From: Octopus sinensis
Lineage: Eukaryota
Reading direction: 5' to 3'
Length of the DNA stretch: 64,000 bases
NCBI RefSeq assembly: GCF_006345805.1
Contig: NC_043008.1
Coordinates: 34,472,001 to 34,536,000, forward strand
Each line of letters begins with the position of its first letter. Position 1 is the stretch's first letter. The notes under the pieces were generated by a model. It did not search any database, had not been told where the DNA came from, and saw nothing but the letters and a program-made list of their open reading frames with translations. Made by a program: the position numbers and the translations under genes. Positions 28,330-38,758 of this stretch are shown here, piece by piece.

Positions 28330-28510
28330 TTTTTTCTCTCCTTCTTTCTGTGTTTTTCTCTCTCTGTGTATCTTTCTGTTGAAGAGCGTAGGCTCGAAAC
28401 GTTAAAGACTTCTTTTATTTATATTTCCTGAGCGCCATACTAATACAATTGTTCGTTTGTTTTCCACCTGCCTTCGTCTTTTGTTTATTTTCATAAAGCT
28501 TCCCGTTATA
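28330..28510 (+). mobile_element. Hammerhead-bearing element, family B (copy B2)
   Basis: 28371-28408 reads tcttt-CTGTTGA-a-gagc gtag gctc-GAAA-cg-tt-aaaga; body similar to B1 and B3. Confidence 0.7.
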
Positions 28511-28776
28511 TATATGATGGGCTTCTGTTAGTTTCCATCTACCAGATCCACTCACAATACTATAACACACATGCACAAAGTGCCATATAGTGGGACTCAA
28601 TACTTTTTGAAGAGTACATATTTATAATTCTTTTACAAGAATAGTACTGTCAGTGCCTTTGAAGTTTCACCCTACTTAACTTCATCTGCTGTCCAAAGAA
28701 GGCTATGCAAGCTCTAACTCCAAAGTCACTGTCAACACAATTCTTGGAAAAGAATAATAACATTTTATATCTACAT

Positions 28777-28862
<86 letters not shown>

Positions 28863-29294
28863 CATATGTTTACAGCAGTTTCATAATCTGTATTCAGTTA
28901 CATCATCAATACTAAAGCAATCTACACACATAAGTATACATATAGGTGTATTGTAACAAATGAATAAAATCATTCTTCAGAACATTTTATAGACAAGTGC
29001 CATTTGATTCTTTGAATACCTATTTCTAGTTACTATATATATATGTGTGTGCGTGTGTATAAACATAAAAAATGGAACAAAAACACAAAAGAGGACAATA
29101 AAACATTTGGACAGATAGACGATACAAAGGTGGACAGGAAGAACAACAATTAGAAGGACAGGGATAAAAAGGGTCATTTGTGGCTTTCTTTCTTCAGTTA
29201 AGTTACCAGATGTCCTTACAGTTTCAGGCAGTTACACTTGTATGTATGTGTGTGTGTGTATGTATGTATATATGTTGTACTTCAGGAAGGTCAT

Positions 29295-29327
<33 letters not shown>

Positions 29328-30214
29328 CATCATCATCATCATCGTTTAGCATCCGCTTTCCATGCTGGCATATTATTATTATTATTATTTTATTTTGACC
29401 CCCCCCCCCCAAATAATAATAAATAAAATTACCATCCTGAAATACAACAATATCTGTTTCAACACACAATTTCACATCAGGAATTTTTGCAAAACGAACT
29501 AATAAACATATATGTGTGTGTGTGTGTGTATGTGTGTGTGTATATATATATATATAAATGTAGAAGAGAGAGAGATGTAGCTGTATGGTACAAAGTTTAC
29601 TTCCCAACTACACATTTCTAGATTCAGTCTCACTACTGCATGACACACACCTTCAACTATAGCCCACAGCCTTGTGATTGGATTTGGTAGACAGAAACTG
29701 AAAGAATCCCATCATGTGTCTGTGTGTGTGTGTGTGTTTATGTTTGCATTTGTACCCCTACCACTTGATAATCAGGGTTAGTTTCTTTAAATTCTCTAAA
29801 CCTAGCAAATCAGCAAAAAGAGGCTGATAGAATAAGTACCAGGCTTTGAAAAAATAAGTACTGGGGTTGATTTGTTCAATTAAACCCTTCAAGGTGGCCC
29901 CAGTATGGGCACAGTCCAATGACTGAATCAAGTAAAAAATAAAAGACAACCAGATGGATGTGTCTGTTGTGTGTATATATATATATTTGGAGAGATAAAT
30001 GTATATGTATGCATGAATATATATAAATATGTATGTATATAATACACATATGCATGTATATACATGTATACCGATATTTACATAATATATAGATGCTAGA
30101 TGTCTATGACCACCTTCAAGACAGTCAGTGAAATCCCTAGTTTGCACAGACCAGCAAGGGAGAGGCATGAGCTGAGCATGTCATTAAGCCACATGCACCA
30201 AGTAAAGAGATCAG

Positions 30215-32020
30215 CTAAAATGGCAAACATCTGATACTGTTGTGTGAAGTGAACAATTTCAACACCTGTAACACCTATTTTTCACCAACAATGGAATTGT
30301 CTATTCTGTAATTCGTGCTTGTTGGAAGACTGCCTCAGAAAATATCTGAGCTTGTCAAGGCGCCAAAGTTGGATCAGATCACTACCTAGTAAAAGCTACA
30401 TTGAAACTACAATTAAAGAGGCAGAAGAATGTCACTATCATCCGACAATTTACTGTGAAGAAGTTAAAAGACACCACTACAACAGAACTGTACCAGTGAC
30501 AGCTGAACAGGTATCAGCCACTATAGCATCTCTACAGTGTTGAACAACAATGGGTATTTTATTTATATGCCCTTTTCAAGCCTAGCCAGGTTCATGGGCC
30601 CGGTTTCTGTGGCGTATGTGTTCCCCCCAGCTGGACGGGACGCTAGTCCATCACAGCATTACCCAAGAAACAGGAAGAAAGAGTGAGAGAAAGTTGGGGC
30701 GAAAGAGTACAACAGGGGTTGCCACCACCCCCCTGCTGGAGCCTCGTGGAGCTTTAGGTGTTTTCACTCAATAAACACACATAACGTCCAGTCTGGGAAT
30801 CGAAACGACGATCCTCTGACTGCGAGTCTGCTGCCCTAACCACTGAGTCATTGCACCTCCACTATCAATGGGTATGACATTGAAGAAAAAAGGAGCATCA
30901 AGAAAGGAACAATGAATAGATGAAGGGTCATGGAACTTAAGTGATCAATATAAGGCAGCGAAGAATAGAAGCGAAAAGACAAACTGCTACTGAATACTAT
31001 ACATTGGACTGCCTGTGGAGCATCAAAATTAACAAGGAGGTCTGGAAAGAAAGTACAAGAAGATGCAGGTAGTAGGAATGACACAATGTCACAGTACTTG
31101 CATTATCAGAGAGCACGTGGGCTTAAAAGAAAAAGATCAGTTGTGCACCAGCCAAAGATGAAACTGACAAAATCCTGTAAAAAGAAAACGTGCCATATGG
31201 TTGGAATTATTTGGACCTACCAATTGTAACCCTGCAAGAACTGATGCAATCACAAAAGAGGAAATAAAACTAGCATTGGGGAAATTAAAGAACTTCAACA
31301 CTGCTGGATAAGACCAGATTTCGGCTTCTGAAGTATGGTGAAGAAACAGCAATAACATCATTAAAACATCTACTCAACAGGTGATGGTAACAGCAACAAG
31401 TCTTGGTCAATTACAGAAGAGAGGTCATTGTGGAGCTTCTGAAATGGGAAACCTGATAGACTTCAAAAGTTGATGACAAGTTTTCTGTATTGTATTAACG
31501 AATAGGATTTGACAGGGTATTGATTGATGCAAGACAGCTAAACGATCAGAATTTCACTCCAGCTACTCTTGCACTGAAGAAATATTCAAGCTGAAAAATA
31601 TCATGGAACCCAATGATCCTGTTGGTTTCTGGACTTGAAAAAGCCTTTGGACAGCATCCAACAGCAATCACTCTGGAAAATTGTTCAAGGATATGGTTTC
31701 CTCCACGCAGTGCCTTAACATTTTCTGAAATCTGTATGACAATTCTAGTAGCTGTTTCATGACAGATACTGGCCATATTGAGAATTTTAGCATTATTGCC
31801 AGAAATGCATCCTATCATTCCTTGTCTTGCTAGCAGAAGGTAACCAATAGAACACTGTGTTCAAAGAAAACAGAAAAGCTTTAAGATCTGACCTTTGTTA
31901 ATAATATTGCACAGCTAGAAGAAACAAAAGCTAGATTACTAGCACTAATACCAAGTTCAAAAAACAAGCAAGAAAGATTGAGCTTAGAATTAGATGTGAA
32001 AAGACCAAGATGAAGTAGAT
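30215..32020 (+). mobile_element. Degraded RTE-type LINE (endonuclease and reverse transcriptase remnants)
   Basis: NGKHLILLCEVNNF..NT.F, GAKVGSDH, ITKEEIKLALGKLKNFNTAG*DQI, FLDL.K..DSI..QSLWKIVQGYG and LRIRCEKTKM, with stops and frameshifts. Confidence 0.85.
30558..30865 (-). mobile_element. Full-length tRNA-derived SINE (family S5) inserted into the LINE, 10-bp TSD
   Basis: caatgggtat at 30548-30557 and 30866-30875; A/B-box-like head on minus. Related copies at 46740-46966 and 39290-39360. Confidence 0.85.
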
Positions 32021-32669
32021 TTTGCCACAATTCAACCTTCCTTATTCATAGGAAAACAGGGCAATTTCTCCCAAGCTGGAGGAACAGAAGAAAACCTAAG
32101 TCTACATGATACACATCTATCTATATATGTATATATATCAAAATACTCACACGTATGTACCCATGTCATGATTTTTATTAATTAAAAAGAATAGAGCAAT
32201 CTTTCAAAACAATGGGTAAAACTTTTGATAAATTCTTACCTAAAGATTTTGCATTTTGTATTTAATAATTAATATACTACACTTTGATCTTAGGCAATAG
32301 GTCTAGACCAATAACTCCTAAATGTTATAGTGCAAACTGCCAGTGAAAATTAATGGGCTTCATTGATTTACTGTCATTAAACTTATCACAGAAAGGATGT
32401 TGAAGACAATCAATTATGCAAATACTTTTATTATTGAGAATTTTTTCTGTTCTTTAAATATTTTCATTATTAAATACTTGCTGTCTCTGAAACAAACACA
32501 TTGTGACAGTAATGAAATAATGTGACACATCAGCAACTTTAGTAATATGTCTTTCACCTGTTACTTGTTTCAGTCATTGGGCTGCAGCCATGATGGCCTC
32601 CGCCTTGAAGGGTTGTAGCCAAACCAATACTGGTTGTCAAGTGGCAGGAGACAAACACAAAGACACGCA

Positions 32670-32713
<44 letters not shown>

Positions 32714-32719
<6 letters not shown>

Positions 32720-32830
32720 ATACAAACATGAAAACACAACAACGCGAGGACGTGGAATAAGTATAGTATTATTGGACACTCAGGAAAGAAGGAGGGTTTA
32801 ACGTTTCGAGTGGAGCTCTTCATCAGAAAC
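32714..32830 (-). mobile_element. Short hammerhead-bearing Penelope-like (pseudo-LTR-type) element, family A
   Basis: Similar to 12094-12283 and 48624-48826; flanked by (TA)n on both sides, inside a SINE's internal microsatellite. Confidence 0.65.
32796..32830 (-). ncRNA. Minimal type I hammerhead ribozyme motif, intact core (family A, copy A2)
   Basis: Minus strand reads GUUU-CUGAUGA-A-GAG cucca CUC-GAAA-CG-UU-AAAC: stem I GUUU/AAAC, canonical CUGANGA and GAAA, stem II, palindromic ACGU helix III. Confidence 0.8.
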
Positions 32831-33567
32831 ATATATATATATCTTACAACAGATTTCTTTCAGTTTTTGTCTACTAAATCTACTTATCATAAGGTTTTAG
32901 TTGGCCTGGGGCTATAGTTGATAACACTTGCCAAAGGTGTTACACACAGGGACTGAGCCTGGGACCCTGTGGTTGGGAAGCAAACTTCTTACCACACAGC
33001 CATGCTTGCACCTCTATGCACAAGATTTTCTTCAAGGAAGATTAGTTTGGAGTTAATATGACAGTAATTATTTAGTTGAACTGGTGGTGAGGTATTTGAC
33101 AATATCTTAACCCGTGTTTTCTCCATTTGTATTATCATTAATTACTTTTTAATTTACTACTGACATTCAATAATCAAATTATTTAAAGAGTGGAAGTATC
33201 AAATAAATGAAACAGTTTAAATTTTCAATTATGTTTTTGACAGCCTTCCATAGTTAAGGTTGATGACAGTAAATCGATGGAATTCGAGTTAGCCAGTAGT
33301 ACCAAGTAGTTTAATGGTAATTATAGAAATTTAATTAACAATATTTAATAGAATATTGCTATACTATTTACAAAACAACGGAAAACTTACGAGTAATTAT
33401 CATCAGTCCAAAGGTTCTTTTAACACAACAGTCACAGGAAAACTACAACTCGCTATTTTCCTGGATGTTGTAAAACATCTCATCCTTCCGCTCACTTTCG
33501 TTTTACTTGTCATTTATTATCTCCATAGAGTGACTGAACATACACGTATACACATATCTATACACAC

Positions 33568-33598
<31 letters not shown>

Positions 33599-35047
33599 CA
33601 AGTGTGTGTGTTTATATATATAATGATGATGATATATAAACACATACACACAAACGCATATACATAAAGGCACATATACGACATACATTTACACAAATAT
33701 ATACACAGTAACTTAAATACACTCATAAACAGACATGTACAATGACTTAAACACACACATAGACGTACACATACTTACACATAACGTATATAGACACACT
33801 CACGATAGACAGATACAGTTCTAGAAGGACAATATCTGTTTCCGTTTATTTCTTAAAACGAAACAACTATCTGATGTCGCATCATATTTACTTGAGTGAG
33901 TGACAAACGAAAACGTTTGAGAGAAAATAAGCTATCAGATAAACCTATACGAAACATAAGTGAATATATGTGTATTATGTAATCTCATTACAGAATAAAT
34001 TCTGTTATATCCCTCCGTTAATCTAACAAACATTTAATGCTAAATTCAAATAAAGTTTACGAAACGAAGGTAAACTAATTCTTATAAATCACTTGCTGGT
34101 ACTCGCTATCGTCTTACATAAAACAGACACTCACTACACGTTTGATATACATACATACGAGCCAACGAGTGTGTTCCTATGTAATCGCTCGGTCTGCTAG
34201 AAATAGCTGCTAAAATCCCCTTCCCCCCTATATACTACCATCTCAAAAATGGGAAAGGATACAATAGATTATGTAGAGCAAGATACACAGTATCTAACAT
34301 AAAAGATGGGATCTCATCACTGGAATGCCTTTGATCATATCATAAGGTTTGTTTAATCAAGGCTGATTCGAGGCTAAACAAGATCATACATACAATGCAT
34401 AAGAAATATTCATACACACGCACAAAAACAGTTACACAAGATATATTCATCCATACACATACAAACATTCACAAACACGTACTCAAGAAACATTCATACA
34501 TACACAGGAAAAATTCCTACAAATACACACCACACTACACACACAATATAAATATATATATACAAAAAAATTCATACACGCACAAACAAGAAACATTTAC
34601 ATATACACTCAAGAAACATCCATTCATATGTACACATACATAAGATTTATTCATTCATACACATAAAAAAACAATCATAAAATATAGACATAAACATTCA
34701 TTCATACATACACACAAAAAGAAACATACCTTCGCGAAGACGAAATATTCATACACATACAATATACACGAAATAACATAGATACATCCAGTAAATCACC
34801 CATGCGGCCAAGAATGTATACATAAAAAAATACCATACATTCAACAGAATGCTCCATAGTTCTATTAGAGAGAACAGTGGCGGGCAGACGCAATCACACC
34901 CCATGTTGAAGGGAGTAACGAAGAAAGGGAGTTACGAATGAATAAGGGATGTAAACAGGGTTATTTTAAGAACGTGAATAAATTCAATTTAAGCTGTCGA
35001 GTGGAAGTGAATAAAATGACATATAATATATAATAATGTGTACTTAC

Positions 35048-35307
35048 ACTTCTAAAATTCGGTCTCCCTTCCGTATGCCTGCTCTGTGTGCAGCACCGCC
35101 TTCTAACACGGCACTAACATGTTGGAGAGGTGCATACAATACTCCATTAATCGATTTGAGGACCCCACCTTCGCTGACCTGGCCCCGGACATTAAATCCA
35201 AAGCCTGTTTCTGTTTTTGTGATGGTGACCACCCTTGGGCCACTATGGTCGCTCATCATTCTCTCCGGAGTAGACGGAGTACTGCCTTCCTCATCACTAT
35301 CCGCCAT
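35048..35307 (-). CDS. SNX27: Sorting nexin 27, coding exon 1 (N-terminal PDZ domain, partial)
   Basis: Translation MADSDEEG...[65 protein letters not shown] matches, from recall, the distinctive SNX27 PDZ (GPRVV.I.K...[46 protein letters not shown]). The exon ends GAA GT followed by the donor gtaagt (plus 35042-35047), phase 2. Confidence 0.95.
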
Positions 35308-35369
35308 ATTTGGTCAGATGATCAAACAAGGCAAATCACACAAACACACCGTAATCTATGTCCGGTTCA

Positions 35370-35790
35370 TCTTTCTCTCTATCTCTTTCTCTCTCTCGCT
35401 CTCTGTCTCTCTCTGTATCTCTATCTTCTCTCTCTCGCTCTCTGTCTCTCTCTGTGTCTGTATCTTCTCCCTCTCTTTCTATTGCTTTATCTCTCTATTT
35501 GTTCCTTCTCCCTCACTTCCTATATCTTTCTCACTCTATTAGTTCTCCTTCTCTTTCTATCTCTTTTTCTCTCTCTGTTTATTCTCCCTCCCTTTTTCTC
35601 TCTTTACCTCTCTGTTCTCTTTCTGTCTCTATTTCTATCTCGTCGTTCTCTCTCTCTCTCTCTATTTTGCTGAGTTCTCTTTTTATTCTCTACTCTATTT
35701 TTTCAAGTCTCTCTCTTCTTATTCTGTCTTCCTCTATATATATATATTTATCTTTCTTCTTTCTCTCTCTCACCAACATGTATATGTTTG
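35370..35790. repeat. CT-rich (GA-rich on minus) low-complexity tract just upstream of the SNX27 start codon
   Basis: About 420 bp of degenerate (CT)n beginning about 60 bp upstream of the ATG; it explains the Ser/Leu-rich ORFs here. Confidence 0.9.
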
Positions 35791-37058
35791 CCTTTCTCTC
35801 AATCTAACACCAATCTCACCAGCTCAAACTCTTTTCATCTGTCTTTCACCAATATATTGGCAAGAAAGAGATTTATAAAAAGGGAAGCATTGAAAATAGC
35901 AATGTTTTTGAACGCTTCGTTTAGAGACTATATTTAGTCGCACCTGATTTACTTTTAATTACTTATATCTAAGTTAACAGTTGTTTCTTGAAAGTTTCTC
36001 AAATAAATTTTAGGATTTTTTTAAATGCGCAGTCACGCTTTTATGTTTCTTAGAAATAGCTGTAATAGATGATCTGTCAAAATTAAAATTAACTAAATCT
36101 AAAACTGATAAAGTAACTGAAAGTTTGTTTATTTTAATTTATGTTCTTAGATATTTTTTATCTTTAAATATTTATTTATTGTTTCTAAATTTTACTTAGT
36201 AACGGAAATTTTATAAAATATACATGCTGAGAGAAGTATTTTTTTTTTTCATTTTATCGACACGTATTAATTCAGTACCTACAGTTAAAATTTCTCTTGC
36301 ATCATCAATATTTTCTTATAACCTATAAAACATATCCTCTATATTTCGTCAAAAAAATTTCCAGATTACGTTACTAAGGAAATTCTATATTGGTCACTCG
36401 AGCAGTTAGAAATAGCAACCAAATCCCATTCAAATCACACCCTGCTATCACAAACAGGGAAAGTAAATATCGTATAATTCTTTATATAAAGCCTTAAAAA
36501 CCTGATACCTTGTTTATATGTTCTCAATCACAGCTGATCTAGAACTAAACAACAACAAATCAGTTGGACCAAGCCTGAGTCGAATTACATACAGGTTGAA
36601 ACAAGACTTGTCACATTTACTTTCCACGTTCAACTTCAACTTATATCGACCTTCTTTCTCAACATAGTTATAGTGTGTTTACTTTTAACATCTTTGTCAG
36701 AGGAAGAAGGGCAGATCTCACGAATATTTACAGAGCCTCCGTAACAAGTAAAGGTGAGGGAGGGGAGAGTTGTCCTCGGACCGGAGACCTTTCAGTTGAC
36801 AGACAGTGATGTCAAACCGCGAGACAGATTGAGTTTGCGGTCCAAGGACAGGCACGCTACTTCCGAATGGTTTCTTCGCATTCTCCGTCAACTTGCATAA
36901 TACTACACTGTAGGATTGCATCCGAAACCACGTCGTTGCGAAGCATATTTCTTCACCGCACAGCCATACCTGCATCCAACATAATTTTTCGGTGATTCCA
37001 TCGTTGCTCTCTTCTCTGTATCTAACGAGTGCAAAGCATTTTTATACACAAACACACA

Positions 37059-37132
<74 letters not shown>

Positions 37133-38547
37133 TTAATTGTGATAAAGTCATTATTTAATGATTTATCAGTGGCCAGCATACTGGAGTAATAACTTAAGTG
37201 ATTTATAGTCCATTTGGCGTCTATTTCTAGCGTGCCAGCGTTGTCAATTCAGCGCCCTTTATTATAATTATTTTATAATTATACTTAAATTTATATATAT
37301 ATCCATTAATCTCCGTTGTTCACACATATGTTCCTTCGATTCTTTTAATGATCTTTGTTGTTTTCTAGGTCTTTTATTACATCATACATTTCTTTTTCTG
37401 TGGTATGTCCCACTACTTTACATATCTTTTTGTATGTTATTTAGGTACTCTGTTGTTTCTATTTCGTCATATCCTGTCAATTGTGTTTGTGTAGTATATT
37501 TCATTACGTAAAAGTAAGTTCTTGTAATGTCAGCAAATACTTCACGTGGTCAGCCCCAGGTTTAGGAGCCTCAAAATAATTAAATGGCGTATATGTTTTT
37601 CAAATTTTGTGCGACTTTTTGACAAGCTGCCTTCAAGTTTGGGGCCTACTTATACAAACTTAACTAGACTTGTAAACTGAAAGAACCAACACATCGTGGG
37701 TATTATTGTTTAAACCCAGACCTCTGATCAAAGGCATTATAACAATGACATGACCATGCTGGGTATTTTTTTTTTTTTTCAATTATTGTGTGTCCCTGAC
37801 TACATCATCCAATAATCTCCATTAATCTCCTTTTTTTAGATAGTTGGAGTTAATTTGAGGGAAATGTGGCTGCTATTTCTAGCAGGCTGGAAGGCCACTT
37901 TACGCCTGTCGTTGGCTCGAAATACACGTACCTGCTGTCATTGATGAACCCGAAGTTAGTACTGATTGAGCAAACCTATGATCTAAAGCATCCCAAGCAT
38001 GGCCATCCCGTCTCATATATATAAGAAACCTGATTGTTTAATGTGTTCTTAACTTTTCTGAGATAGCAAGATATGATTTGCGATAGATTTTTCAAGCAGA
38101 CCGAGCGACGAAGTGAGACTTATTAATTATCCATATGTATTTAGTATTCCTGTAAAATTAGACTATAGGGCTTCTTAGTTTTGGTTAAAGATGGAAATAT
38201 TACTGGTTTGTATACTAACTCAGAAATTGTTTACCCTTGCTCCCCATGCTACCAAGAGATGTGGAGAGAGTTACCTATTAAAATGTAAACAACTCGTTTA
38301 CATAAGACTGCAACATGAAACTCCGACATCGACAAACTTATTTTGTTTTACAAATTCTGTTTCCATTTTCCCCTCCAATGCAAACCACCACTGACTTTTT
38401 TCAGATTTCAATGTGCTTTTGATGTTTAGCTGTAGGTTAACCCAGATCAACTGGTTGCATAGTACTCTTTATTTCCATTTGTTTTTAATGGCGTTTGTTG
38501 AGGGATAATTAGCTGGTATTTGTTGCAGGCTAAGCAACCACATAGAT

Positions 38548-38758
38548 CAGTGGTTCTCAACCCGGGTCGACATGGCCCTTGGGGGTCCACATAAGATTTT
38601 ACTTTTAAAATTTATGTGCAATAAATTGGTTATACTTCTACGATACACAAAATACTTTAACAATTTTTTTTATACAATTCCTAATAATATTTAATCATAA
38701 AAATGTAATGGAGCATTTGTTTTTAACATTGAAGCTAATAAATCTTTGAGAACCACTG
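38548..38758. mobile_element. hAT-type MITE
   Basis: TIR cagtggttctcaa / ttgagaaccactg. Confidence 0.75.

Larger units (their letters stand above)
33000..38000. promoter_or_regulatory. CpG-retaining zone around SNX27 exon 1, probable unmethylated (possibly bidirectional) promoter
   Basis: Hand count of about 16 CpG in 36721-36960 versus about 2 per 240 bp at 2401-2640 and 4021-4260. Repeats here keep their CpGs. Boundaries approximate. Confidence 0.55.

Noticed and set aside
29040-29250. Possible fourth hammerhead element (CTGAAGA and a separate GAAAC on minus)
   Set aside because: The core halves are in the wrong order and no stem II could be formed.
35036-35807. Three overlapping plus-strand ORFs of 149-184 aa
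   Set aside because: They are the antisense shadow of SNX27 exon 1 running into a stop-free CT tract.
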